From Chlamydiota bacterium (GTDB taxonomy: Bacteria; Auribacterota; Tritonobacteria; UBA1439): a stretch of DNA of 44,159 nucleotides. Where the stretch lies: positions 1 to 44,159 of the forward strand of contig JBAXOY010000008.1 of NCBI GenBank assembly GCA_037133055.1, given 5' to 3'. Shown here in pieces: positions 28,629-37,883 of this stretch; position 1 is the first letter of the stretch, and each line of letters starts with the position of its first letter. The position numbers were made by a program, and so were the translations under genes. The notes beneath the pieces are model-generated. The model did no database searches. It saw only the letters and a list, made by a program, of their open reading frames with translations, and was not told the DNA's origin.

Positions 28629-31155
28629 ACCACTTCAGCCCCTCGAACCAGAGGATGCTGACGACCCCCGCGCAGAAGCAGATGCACAGGTCCACCGGGT
28701 GCAGCAGGTTGAACCGGAACATCCCGCGCAGGAAGGGGACGTAGAGCACGAGGGCCATGAATGCCACGGCCCCGCCCAGGACCCACCACTGCGCCGGGTT
28801 CGTCTCCCCCATCGACTTGAGGATGGAGCGGGACCAAGACCGGTTGGTCATGATGAGGCCGAGGTTGGCCACGATCAGCGTGGTGAAGGTGAGGGCCCTG
28901 GCCTCCGACTCTTCCTGGCCCCGGTGCAGTGAGATCACGAAAACCGAGAGGACGATCGCCAGCACGCTCATGCCCTGGAGCAGGCTCAGCGCCAGGGTCC
29001 TCTTCCCGAAAAGCGGCATCCTCGGGTCGCGGGGGGGGCGATCCATCACATCCGCCTCCTCCGGCTCCGCCTCGAACACGACCGAGCAGGCGGGGTCGAT
29101 GATCAGCTCAAGGAACACGACGTGGACCGGCAGCAACACGAGCGGCCACTTGAAAAGAACCGGGATAAGCGAAAGCCCGGCGATCGGGACATGGATGGCA
29201 AAAATGTAGGCGATCGCCTTCCTGATGTTGTCGAATATCCTGCGGCCAAGCCGGATCGCGCTCACGATCGATGAGAAATCGTCGTCGAGCAGGACGAGGG
29301 CCGCGGCCTCGCGCGCCACGTCGGTCCCGCGCTTTCCCATTGCGATCCCTATGTGGGCGGCCTTCAGGGCTGGCGCGTCGTTCACCCCGTCGCCCGTCAT
29401 CGCCACGATCTCGCCGTTCGCCTGGAGCGCGCTGACCAGGCGGAGCTTCTGCTCGGGGACGACGCGGGCGAAGATATTCACCTCCCGGACGCGGCGCTGC
29501 AGTTCACGGTCGTCCATCGCGTCGAGATCCGGCCCGGTGATGCACCGGTCGCTCGACCTGAGGCCGATATCGCGGGCGATGCTCTGCGCCGTCCCGGGAT
29601 AGTCTCCCGTGATCATCACGACCCTGACGCCCGCCCCGTAGCACTCGCGGATGGCGCCGGGAACCGCCGCGCGCACCGGATCGGCCAGCCCCACGAGCCC
29701 CAGGAATTCGAAATCGAAGTCGTGCGGCCCCTCGGGCAGCGCCGTGCGCGGGAAGCGAGCCCGGGCGACCCCGAGGATCCTGAGCCCCCGCGAGGCCATT
29801 TCCGCGATATCACGGGCGAGGCTCTCCGCGTCGGCGCCGCCAATGTGGCACAGGTCGGCGATGGCCTCGGGCGCCCCTTTCGCGGCGACGACGTATTCGG
29901 CTCCGTCGGGGGACACCCACACGTGCGCAAGCGCAAGAAGTTTCTTCGAGAGCGGGTACTCGCGCACCTGCTTCCAGTCGCGGTGGAGATGCTCCGTCCC
30001 CTCGAGGCGCAGCGCCCCGAGCTTCCCGATCGCCTTCTCCATCGGATCGAACGGGTCCCTCTGGCTCGCGAGGATGCTGAACTCGACGAGTCCATGATAC
30101 TCCTCGGGCAAATCCTCCCCCCCGGCAAGATGCACCTCGTGATAGCGGCCGGCCGCGAAGAGCCCCCGTACGGTCATCCGGTTGACGGTCAGGGTGCCCG
30201 TCTTGTCCACGCAGAGAACGGTGGTCGAGCCGAGGGTCTCGACCGCGGGGACGCGCCGGGTGAGCACGTGCTTCCTCGATATCCGCCACGCCCCCAGGGC
30301 GAGGAAGATGGTGAGCACCACCGGGATCTCCTCCGGCAGCATCGCCATGGCAAGGGTGATCCCGGCAAGGAAGCCCTGGAGCCAGTTGCCTCGGGTGAAC
30401 CCGTAGACGCCGATCACCAGCGCGCACAGCGAAAGCCCCGCGGCGGCAAGGGTGCGCACGAGCCTCCCGGTCTCTCTCTGGAGGATCGTCTCCGATAGTT
30501 CCACCGTCTGCAGCGCCTTGCCGATCTTCCCGATCTCCGTGTGGGGGCCGGTCGCCCGCACGCGGGCGACCCCGCGGCCCTGGACGACGAGTGTGCTCGA
30601 ATAGACGAACGGCAGATCGTCGCCGCCGGGGCGGCTCATCCCCGGGGCATTTTCCCCCGCGGCCTTGCGGACCGGCACGGATTCTCCCGTGAGAAGGGAT
30701 TCGTCGACCGAGAGGTTTACACACCAGGCGAGGACCGCGTCGGCGGGCACACGGTCGCCCTCCGCGAGCAGGAGGATGTCGTCCCGCACGACCTCCCGGC
30801 CGGCGATGCGCTTCTGTACGCCCCCCCGTATCACGAGCGCCCGCGGGCTGGCGAGATCGCGGAGCGCCTCCAGGGCCCGTTCGGTCTTGCGTTCCTGGTA
30901 GAAGGTGATCCCCATGACCACGAACACGAACCCGAGGAGCAGCAGCGCCTCCTCCAGGTCGCCGAGGATGAGGTAGATCATGCCGCAGGCGACAAGCAGC
31001 AAAAACATCGGCTCCCGCACCACCTCGAAGGCAATGGCAAAGATGCTGCGCGCGCCGGCGGAGGGGATCTCGTTGTAGCCCTCGCGCGCGAGCCGTTCGA
31101 CCGCCTCGCGTTCCGTGAGACAGGGGTAACTGTGCGCGCCGGGATCGATCTCCAT
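28609..31155 (-). CDS. Cation-translocating P-type ATPase (P2-like)
   Basis: VDESLLTGES, LPEEIP, DKTGTLT, KGAPE, MITGD and TGDGVNDAPALK motifs. Confidence 0.95.
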   Translation of the reverse strand: MEIDPGAHSYPCLTEREAVERLAREGYNEIPSAGARSIFAIAFEVVREPMFLLLVACGMIYLILGDLEEALLLLGFVFVVMGITFYQERKTERALEALRDLASPRALVIRGGVQKRIAGREVVRDDILLLAEGDRVPADAVLAWCVNLSVDESLLTGESVPVRKAAGENAPGMSRPGGDDLPFVYSSTLVVQGRGVARVRATGPHTEIGKIGKALQTVELSETILQRETGRLVRTLAAAGLSLCALVIGVYGFTRGNWLQGFLAGITLAMAMLPEEIPVVLTIFLALGAWRISRKHVLTRRVPAVETLGSTTVLCVDKTGTLTVNRMTVRGLFAAGRYHEVHLAGGEDLPEEYHGLVEFSILASQRDPFDPMEKAIGKLGALRLEGTEHLHRDWKQVREYPLSKKLLALAHVWVSPDGAEYVVAAKGAPEAIADLCHIGGADAESLARDIAEMASRGLRILGVARARFPRTALPEGPHDFDFEFLGLVGLADPVRAAVPGAIRECYGAGVRVVMITGDYPGTAQSIARDIGLRSSDRCITGPDLDAMDDRELQRRVREVNIFARVVPEQKLRLVSALQANGEIVAMTGDGVNDAPALKAAHIGIAMGKRGTDVAREAAALVLLDDDFSSIVSAIRLGRRIFDNIRKAIAYIFAIHVPIAGLSLIPVLFKWPLVLLPVHVVFLELIIDPACSVVFEAEPEEADVMDRPPRDPRMPLFGKRTLALSLLQGMSVLAIVLSVFVISLHRGQEESEARALTFTTLIVANLGLIMTNRSWSRSILKSMGETNPAQWWVLGGAVAFMALVLYVPFLRGMFRFNLLHPVDLCICFCAGVVSILWFEGLKWFNRVRA

Positions 31156-31304
31156 TGCGGGGCTCTCCGAGAGGGTAACGACACACGGGGCGTGCGGCGG
31201 TATTGTAGCAGGGTTCGCGGCGGGTTTCCACCCCAACGCATCTTCCCCAGCGTATCTTCATGGGGAGTCGCGCATTTGGTCGTGCGAACAGCCGCCGCAG
31301 GGCG

Positions 31305-32198
31305 CTACCGGACCTCTTCCGTGAGCTGCGCCTCGCAGAACGCGCTGAGCGTTCCCGGATCGGCGAGGCCAACGATCACGTCGTAAGCCCCCAGCGGCGC
31401 GGTGAGCGGGATGGGGGTATTCAACAGGCTGTACGACGCCAGGGGCATGTGCGAGGGGACGTTTACGGCGAGCGGCGCGACGCCCGGAAGGAGGCCGCCC
31501 GAAAGCGACATCGAGTGATAGGATCCGTCGGGCTGCCTGATGAGCGCGTAGGCGTCGAACGGCCGCGAAACGCCGGACACCTCGGCCTCGATCTTCACCG
31601 TGTCGCCGGGGACGTAGGAAGCCCTGTCGCAGATGAGCTCGATGCACGGGTGCGGCGTGGGAAGGGGCCCTCCGCCGAGGAGCCCGTTGATCTCCCCCGT
31701 AATCTCGCTCGCCGGGATGTCCATCCCCCCTTTGGAATACTGGATGACGCCGTCCCTGTCTATGATGAAACTGTAGGGGATGTGGGTGATGTCGTAGGCG
31801 GAATAGGCGAAACCGTCGCCTTCCGCGAGCACATTTTGGGTGCACCCGGTCGCGGCGATCATCGCCATGACGTCGCTCACACCGTAGCCGCCGTAAGCAT
31901 ACGCGACCTGCACGAAGACGACCCCCGGATTGTCCCTGAACAGTGGATAGACGGAACTCTCCACCGTCTTTATCAGGAACCGGCACCTGGGGCACGTCGG
32001 ATTGTTGAACTGGAGATAGACGACCCGCCCTCCCCCGTCGCGGGAAAGATTGAACTGCCCCCCCGTGAGGCCGCCAGAACCGCACAGGCTCTCGATAAAG
32101 CCAGGGGCTTTCGCGCCCGCGGTAAGCTCGGCGGTCAGTGAGGCGGGAGCGAGAAGCACCGCGAGGGACAGAGCCGCGAGGGAAAAATGCCATTTCAC
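31305..32198 (-). CDS. Exported redoxin (TlpA/thioredoxin-like, CPRC) with shared C-terminal domain
   Basis: Signal peptide, G.KAP.F, VVYLQF...CPRC, IP.SFIIDRDGVI, a Pro/Thr linker and a C-terminal beta domain. AGGAGG precedes the GTG. Confidence 0.8.
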   Translation of the reverse strand: MKWHFSLAALSLAVLLAPASLTAELTAGAKAPGFIESLCGSGGLTGGQFNLSRDGGGRVVYLQFNNPTCPRCRFLIKTVESSVYPLFRDNPGVVFVQVAYAYGGYGVSDVMAMIAATGCTQNVLAEGDGFAYSAYDITHIPYSFIIDRDGVIQYSKGGMDIPASEITGEINGLLGGGPLPTPHPCIELICDRASYVPGDTVKIEAEVSGVSRPFDAYALIRQPDGSYHSMSLSGGLLPGVAPLAVNVPSHMPLASYSLLNTPIPLTAPLGAYDVIVGLADPGTLSAFCEAQLTEEVR

Positions 32199-32233
32199 AG
32201 GACGCCTCCTTTAATCTCCTACTTCTATAGTTG

Positions 32234-32262
32234 AATTTACCCCCGCCTGGGTAAATTGTCAA
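32234..32262 (-). promoter_or_regulatory. Sigma70-type promoter of the redoxin gene with an overlapping inverted repeat
   Basis: Minus strand TTGACA-17 bp-TAAATT. The palindrome AATTTACCC-N6-GGGTAAATT spans the spacer. Confidence 0.6.
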
Positions 32263-32525
32263 GGGCTGCTACTGGATAAAACATTATGCGGCGCAACATG
32301 TTAGGTACTATTTGACGGAGAATGTCAAGGATTTGGGCCGCCTCCGCGCACACCCACCCGGCGGGGCGGATTTCGGTTGTTGCATCATACTGCCGTGCAG
32401 GATACAGATTCGGCATGAAATGCGGTCTGGCGCCGCGCGGGGATAGCGGCCTTTTCATTCGACGGGGGGGTTGTCAACTCTTACGGAGAAAATACATGGG
32501 TGATTTTTTCTCTTCCCGCTGTGAA

Positions 32526-32917
32526 ATGGAGGGGAAGAGCACTCGACAGTCCGCAGGGGCAGATGTCTCGGTGCCGGGCGGGAAGTCTGGTACTGGATCG
32601 TGAACCCAGGGGCGGGGGGCATCCCGCTCTTTGCCCTTCACGGCGGCCCCGGCGCCACGCACGACTATCTCGATCCCCTGGGGCGTCTCAGGCGGGGGAC
32701 GGCCCGTGTTTTTTATGCCCAGCTCGGCGGTGGCAACTCGGACAGGCCGGACGACCCGTCTCTCTGGACGATCGAGCGCTTCGCGGAGGAGCTTGCGGTT
32801 TTCGAGGACGCCCCGCACAGCCACCACCTCGAAAAGGCCGCCAAGTACCTCGCCCTCGTCGGCGCCTTCCTCAGCCGCGCCGAATCACCCCGCGCCCGCG
32901 ATCACTGCCAGCCGTAG
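32526..32917 (+). pseudogene. Proline iminopeptidase-family (alpha/beta hydrolase) pseudogene
   Basis: LHGGPG..HDYL, FY.QLG.G.SDRPDD.SLWTI.RF.EEL joined directly to AVFED..H..HLE. The GxSxG core is missing and there is a frameshift near 32586 (VPGGK/VWYWIV). Confidence 0.85.
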
Positions 32918-33876
32918 TCGCCGCGGAAACCGTGGGCGGATGCGTCGCCGAGAACCCACCCCTCCGGGATATCAGAGGCGAACGGCTGGAAGTTGACCCT
33001 CCGAGGCGGCGCCCCGAGGAGCGTGTAGGTGTCGACGACGACATCCCCCCGCGTGATGAACTCGAAGGTGATGAACTCGTCCGTCGCCTCGACCCGCATC
33101 GCGCCGTAGTCGGCGCTGTAGCGGACCTGGCTCCCCGACACCGGTGTTCCGAACGTATACTTGCTGTCCCCGCCGAGGCCGTTCACGAAATACGGGAACG
33201 AACCCTGCAGGACGCGCTCGTACGTGTGCTCGTGCCCCGAAAATACCGCGTCGGCGCCCCACGCCTCGAAGGGCCACTGCATGTAGGCCGTCGAGCCGTG
33301 GACGGAGCCCGACGAGTAGGGGGCGTGGTGGCACAGCACGAGATTCCAACGGGAGGTCGATGCGGCGAGGGCATTCTGGAGCCAGAGGGCCTGGGTGGAT
33401 CCGCTCGTGTAGCCGTCGGGTTCGTTCGTGTCGCTGTCGAGCATGAAAAAATGCACGGGCCCTAGGACGAACTCGTAGTAGCGCTCGTTGCCGGGCAGGG
33501 TGAAATAATCGAGGTACGGCTGCGCGTTGGCGGTGTACCAGTCGTGATTCCCCGGAATCGGATAGAACTTATTGGTCGTCGCCCCGGCCCCGTACGCTCC
33601 GGTATAGGGATAGATGTAGTCGTGGTAGTACTGGCCGATGTTCGCGTCGATGGTCGCCGCGGCGCCGCTCGGATAGTTGTTGTCCCCCACGGTGACGATG
33701 AACCCGGGAGCCCAGCTCTTGACAACAGTCGCGACGTCGGACAAGGGAGTCCCCGCAAGGCCATAGTCGCCTATGATCGCAAAGGAAACCGCGTTCGTCC
33801 CCTGCGCTAAAATCCCCTGGACCGGGAAAAGAAATATCACGGCCATGGAAAGTACGCACCAATATCTGATCTTCAT
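32902..33876 (-). CDS. Secreted metallophosphoesterase (calcineurin-like / acid phosphatase-like)
   Basis: IGDYG, VGDNNY, GNHDW, HHAPYSS and SGHEHTYER motifs with a signal peptide. Confidence 0.92.
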   Translation of the reverse strand: MKIRYWCVLSMAVIFLFPVQGILAQGTNAVSFAIIGDYGLAGTPLSDVATVVKSWAPGFIVTVGDNNYPSGAAATIDANIGQYYHDYIYPYTGAYGAGATTNKFYPIPGNHDWYTANAQPYLDYFTLPGNERYYEFVLGPVHFFMLDSDTNEPDGYTSGSTQALWLQNALAASTSRWNLVLCHHAPYSSGSVHGSTAYMQWPFEAWGADAVFSGHEHTYERVLQGSFPYFVNGLGGDSKYTFGTPVSGSQVRYSADYGAMRVEATDEFITFEFITRGDVVVDTYTLLGAPPRRVNFQPFASDIPEGWVLGDASAHGFRGDYGWQ

Positions 33877-33904
33877 CCGAAGCCCTCCTCTATCTTATAC
33901 AATA

Positions 33905-33933
33905 ATGATAACTGTTATTATACCTAATGTCAA
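33905..33933 (-). promoter_or_regulatory. Sigma70-type promoter of the metallophosphoesterase gene
   Basis: Minus strand TTGACA-17 bp-TATCAT in an AT-rich stretch. Confidence 0.55.
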
Positions 33934-33992
33934 TAAGAATTATGGATCTTTTGTACAGGGACATTTATGGGGGGTATCTTCCTCTGGATATC

Positions 33993-34012
33993 ATTCCCGC
34001 GAAAGCGGGAAT
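33993..34012. repeat. dRS3/REP-like palindrome
   Basis: ATTCCC-GCGAAAGC-GGGAAT matches the ATTCCC-N8-GGGAAT consensus. Confidence 0.6.
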
Positions 34013-34227
34013 TCAGCGTTACACGCTTTAACGTCGGGACGCAGATGAACGCAGATTGTCAGGATGGACGCGGATAAGACCATGGAGAAAAGGCACAAGG
34101 GAAACGGCATTCGGGACGCAGATGAACGCAGAGCACGCAGATACCACGATGGTTCAGGAAAAAAGTTCAAGGAAAAAAGGGGAACGTGAAGAAAGCTCCG
34201 CGTCCCATTCATTTTTGAAAATCATGT

Positions 34228-34442
34228 GTGGTTTCATAACTGCTTTGGAGCCAGAATTCAGGAGTCGGGAGCCAGGAGTCGGAATGAGGACGCCGGCGTC
34301 GATATTTGAGGACTTGGGCTACGGCGATTTTTCCGGGTTAATGCAGTTACTCGAGGAGGTCAGCACGCTACTGGAAGCTTTTCGCGATCCATTCTGGATT
34401 CTGGCTCCTGACTTCTGACCATCTGAGTAGTTACGCGGTTTC
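34228..34442. mobile_element. Probable MITE-like non-autonomous element remnant
   Basis: Imperfect terminal inverted repeats ATAACTGCTTTG (34236-47) and CTGAGTAGTTAC (34423-34), flanked by an 8-bp near-direct repeat GTGGTTTC / GCGGTTTC. Inner inverted 7-mer repeats (CAGGAGT-type). Confidence 0.5.
34284..34418 (+). pseudogene. Internally deleted four-helix-bundle (23S rRNA IVP/Avd-like) protein gene
   Basis: MRTPASIFEDL (N-terminal motif) joined to DLGY....LM.LLEEVS.LL.AF (C-terminal helix). The central part is missing. Confidence 0.6.
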
Positions 34443-34651
34443 TTTACCTGCGTTCATCTGCGAAATCTGCGTCCGGAATGATGTATCCTCTGTTGCTTCA
34501 TTGTATCCATCCTATTCAAGCGATCCGCGTTCATCCGCGACGATCCGCGTCCCATGTGGGTATCCCGCCGCTTTTGTCCCCCCTCTGCATCCTGTCAATC
34601 CTGACGATCTGCGTTCATCTGCGGGCTACTTCAAAGTTGGAAGGAGATCGT

Positions 34652-35296
34652 TTACGGCCGGGCTTGCGACACCGGGATCAATACCTCGTTCCTGCGCAGG
34701 AACCAGAGCGTGAACGGCGGGTTGTAGCGGGCCCACACCGGTTCGCCTTGAGCGGTGAACCCCCGCGCGATGAGCATCTTGCGCAGTTCAGTCTCGCGCG
34801 CAAGATATCTTTTCCTGCTCCATGTTCCCGTATACCGCAGGGAGGCCATGAGTCGCGCGGGGACGCTTTTTATTTTCACCCCGGGGTCCAACGGTTCCGG
34901 CAGGGACTCGATCGTGCAGCGCGGCGGCATGAGGAACGTGATACTCCACCGTGCACCCGCCTTTTCCTGCCCCACCGGCGCGGTCATGGGTATCTTCTCT
35001 CCCCCACCCTGCTGGGAAACCGGCGCAGTCATTGCGATCGATTGTTTCTTCCTGTTTTCGCCCGAGATATAGCGGAATAGCCGGCGGAACCCTTCGCTGC
35101 CGACCTTATCGAAGTCGCCCTCCACGACTGTTTCGGCAACAACCTGCGGCTCATAGCTCCTGAGCTCGAAGCTCCCCTCCCTCTCCAGAACGGAGTATCT
35201 CGCTTCATCGATCGCCATGGCGTCACCCCCGCGGTTCAAAAGCGCGGCGCACAGGAGGGCTGCCGCGCATGCGAAACGCAATCTCACTATTCTCAT
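34652..35296 (-). CDS. SOUL heme-binding family protein
   Basis: Y.V......FELR.Y, GFRRLFRYISGEN, IAMTAPV (twice), F.MP and YNPPFTLWFLRRNEV motifs. Confidence 0.92.
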   Translation of the reverse strand: MRIVRLRFACAAALLCAALLNRGGDAMAIDEARYSVLEREGSFELRSYEPQVVAETVVEGDFDKVGSEGFRRLFRYISGENRKKQSIAMTAPVSQQGGGEKIPMTAPVGQEKAGARWSITFLMPPRCTIESLPEPLDPGVKIKSVPARLMASLRYTGTWSRKRYLARETELRKMLIARGFTAQGEPVWARYNPPFTLWFLRRNEVLIPVSQARP

Positions 35297-35408
35297 TTCT
35301 CCGTCTCCCCCGTGCCCCCGCGGCGAAAAAACCATGTTTAAGCGGTTCAAGCCGCGAGACGTTTTTTCCGTGAACCTCTGCGCCCTCCGTGGCGAGACAT
35401 TGCATCAA

Positions 35409-37706
35409 TTACCGCCGCCCGCCGCCGTGGAAACCTCCCCCTCCGCCATGAAAGCCGCCGCCGCGGCCGCCGCCGAAGCCCCTGTCAAATCCCCCGCGGT
35501 CAAAGCCGCCCCTGTCGAAGCTCGAGAAGTTGCGGTTGAAATCATTCGCCCTGTCCATTCCCCTCTGGCGCGCGTAGCTGTGGGATTCGAGGTCGGAACG
35601 GTCGAATCCGCGGTCCATCCCCGACAAATCGCGCCCGCCGAAATCGGATCCGGCCGGGCGGCCGACGCCCTGTCCCAGCGAGCGCGTGATGTCCTGGCGG
35701 GCAGGCTCGTTGTATCGTTGCCCGATTCCACGGGCGGCACCCCCGGAAGGGGCGGCGAAGTTTTTCGTCCACCCGTCCCTGCCGCGCTGTTCCCACCCGT
35801 CCTGCGTCTTCCGGAACACATTGCCGTTCTTATCCGCGAAGACATTGTTCGCGAGGTTCCCCCCCGCCTTCGGCGCCTGGAGTTGGCCGATCTTCCCGGC
35901 CTGCGCGGCGTGCGCGGGATGGTCCCCCTGACGGTAGAGGTTGTTGTTCCTGAAGTTGTTCGCGTTATACGTCTTCCCGTTGACGTTGAGCTGCCCGTTG
36001 TGCGCGCTCCAGTTGACCGGGTGGTACCCGCTCGGGCCCCACCAGCCGCCGTGCCCGCCCCCCCAGTTCACCCATCCCCTGCTGTTTCCCCATGGGCCGG
36101 ACCCGAAGCCCCACGCCCCGCTCCACGAGTTGTAGACCGGGCAGAACCCCCACGTCATCGGGGTCTGGATATACACCGGCCCGGGCCACGGCGGGTACGA
36201 GAACCCGGTGCCGTACACCACCGTGTCGTTCAAAACATAGCTGCCGGTGTACCCGGGCAGGTACCCCTCGGTCACCGCCTCGGGGGTCGCGTTGTAGACA
36301 TTGACGTAGCGGACGTTGTATGCGGGGCAGCTCGGGGGGATCGTGTAGACCTCCTTCGGCACCTTCGTGCATACCTCCCACGGCCCCGTCGGGCTTTTCG
36401 CCGCGTACCAGACCGCGTTCCTGCAGCAGTAGTATTTCTTTTTGACCTGGATGACGGAGTCGGTCGTGTTCGCCGCGTAGGTCATCTCCGTTCCCTCGAT
36501 CTTCTTGAAATTCGGCTCCCCGTCGTACGCGACCTTGAGGTCCGCCGTGCCCGGCTTCACCGCGGTCGTCTGCGGGATGCCGGCGTCGAGAACGGCCTCC
36601 CTCGCCTGTTCCGTGCCCGCCACATGGACGAGCACGCTCCCCTTCGGGGAGTCATACGGTATCTTCGCGAAGGAGGGGGGGAGCTTGTCCGAGGCGACAT
36701 ACGCCCACGGGCCGTTCATCGATGCCGCGCGATACCACCTCCCCGCGAGCAGAACGTAATACTGCTGCGATCCGATCTCCATGAAGACATCGCTCTCGGA
36801 GTTGCCCAGGTAGAGGAGCTGGTTCCCCTCGATCGGGGTCCATGTCGGATCGCCGTTGGAAACGATAAGCTCCGTCGGCTCCGTCGCGACGATGATGCGC
36901 GGCGCGGGGGATGGCGGGGTCGGGGCGGTCTCGCCCGCGGTGTCGGCGCCGGATTCCGAAGGGACCGCGGCGGCGACGGCCGCCGGGACATTCGCCGACA
37001 CGGCCCACGAGCCCATGATGTCGGTGGCGGTGTACCAGCGATCGCCCCCCTTCAGGTAGTACGCCTTCGTGTCGGGGTCGAGGAGGATGGTGAACGGGGT
37101 GTTCACGACGCGCATGAGCTTCGTCTTCTCCACCGGTCTCAATTCGGGTTTGCCGTCGAGGACGACGAGGACGGCGGGTGTCGTCGAGAAGATGATCTTC
37201 GGGGGGGCCGTGGCGATGCTGTTCTCGGCGATCTCCTCCTTCTCCGCGAGCGCGATGCCGGCGAGCAGGTGGTCGAGCGAGAAGGTGAGGTCCGCCGAGG
37301 GGAGGCGGTTTTTAAGTGTGCCGGCGAGTTTCCCCTCCTGGTCCGCGCTCGCATCGAGGAACTTGACCCGGGGGATCTCCATGCTCAGGATGGTGACCGT
37401 GCGCGCGTCGCGGTCGGTCGAGACGCGGGCGTCGAACCAGACCGCCCCGAAGACCGGCTCGGTCGCGTCCTTCGGGGTCACCGAGACCGCCGCCCGTGCC
37501 GTGAGCCGGTCCCCCTTGAATGTTTCAGGTTGCGGCTGGTAGAGGACGATCTTCCCGTCCGGCGTGTCGATCTCGCGCGGCCACTCCGCCCCCCCGGCGG
37601 CAGGCGCATCCGCGGCCCCGGTAAACGCGGGAGACTCCGCAGCGATCCCGACCCCCGCCATCGCCGGAACCAGCGCCGCTATTCCAACCACCGCGCACCA
37701 TTTCAT
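35409..37706 (-). CDS. Exported hypothetical protein with Gly/Arg-rich tail (paralog 1)
   Basis: Signal peptide, WPR, YQPQ.E, FGAVW, P.ELIV..G.P, VL.AGRWY....GPW, F.KIP.DSPK, V..IPPS.P and VVYGTG motifs, and an FDRGG/GGGRR tail. Confidence 0.85.
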   Translation of the reverse strand: MKWCAVVGIAALVPAMAGVGIAAESPAFTGAADAPAAGGAEWPREIDTPDGKIVLYQPQPETFKGDRLTARAAVSVTPKDATEPVFGAVWFDARVSTDRDARTVTILSMEIPRVKFLDASADQEGKLAGTLKNRLPSADLTFSLDHLLAGIALAEKEEIAENSIATAPPKIIFSTTPAVLVVLDGKPELRPVEKTKLMRVVNTPFTILLDPDTKAYYLKGGDRWYTATDIMGSWAVSANVPAAVAAAVPSESGADTAGETAPTPPSPAPRIIVATEPTELIVSNGDPTWTPIEGNQLLYLGNSESDVFMEIGSQQYYVLLAGRWYRAASMNGPWAYVASDKLPPSFAKIPYDSPKGSVLVHVAGTEQAREAVLDAGIPQTTAVKPGTADLKVAYDGEPNFKKIEGTEMTYAANTTDSVIQVKKKYYCCRNAVWYAAKSPTGPWEVCTKVPKEVYTIPPSCPAYNVRYVNVYNATPEAVTEGYLPGYTGSYVLNDTVVYGTGFSYPPWPGPVYIQTPMTWGFCPVYNSWSGAWGFGSGPWGNSRGWVNWGGGHGGWWGPSGYHPVNWSAHNGQLNVNGKTYNANNFRNNNLYRQGDHPAHAAQAGKIGQLQAPKAGGNLANNVFADKNGNVFRKTQDGWEQRGRDGWTKNFAAPSGGAARGIGQRYNEPARQDITRSLGQGVGRPAGSDFGGRDLSGMDRGFDRSDLESHSYARQRGMDRANDFNRNFSSFDRGGFDRGGFDRGFGGGRGGGFHGGGGGFHGGGRR

Positions 37707-37883
37707 GTTCCACCTCCCATTGCGATGATACTACCCGCTCCCCCCATTTAGTTCAACGTCTCTTTCCTCGCGGACGAGCGCCGCCATAGCCGGTACGGCG
37801 TAATGGACAGGGACGCACCAAGCATAGAGCAGGAGAATAACGGACATCTTCTCGAATCGGCGCCGCTGTCTCGCTCATACATT

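Larger units (their letters stand above)
34040..34623. repeat. Nested inverted repeats built on the CGCAGATGAACGCAG motif
   Basis: 34040-65 is the reverse complement of 34598-623 (25/26) and 34108-23 of 34465-80 (15/16). Further degenerate copies lie at 34448-62 and ~34521-48. Confidence 0.85.

Noticed and set aside
34284..34418. Avd-like remnant as a sign of a diversity-generating retroelement
   Set aside because: No reverse transcriptase and no template/variable repeat pair are in the window.
34040..34623. Repeat nest as CRISPR, tRNA or real CDSs (34056..34418, 34478..35080)
   Set aside because: The repeats are inverted and irregularly spaced, no cloverleaf is evident, and the ORFs are largely translations of repeat sequence or antisense to SOUL.
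35366..35397. CCGTGAACCTCTGCGCCCTCCGTGG short repeat downstream of paralog 1
   Set aside because: It resembles a common 9-10 nt intergenic repeat type but is a single degenerate copy here, too little to call.
35217..37751. Very long plus-strand ORFs (35217..37751, 39936..41960, 18885..20540)
   Set aside because: They are antisense shadows of well-supported minus-strand genes and carry no family motifs.
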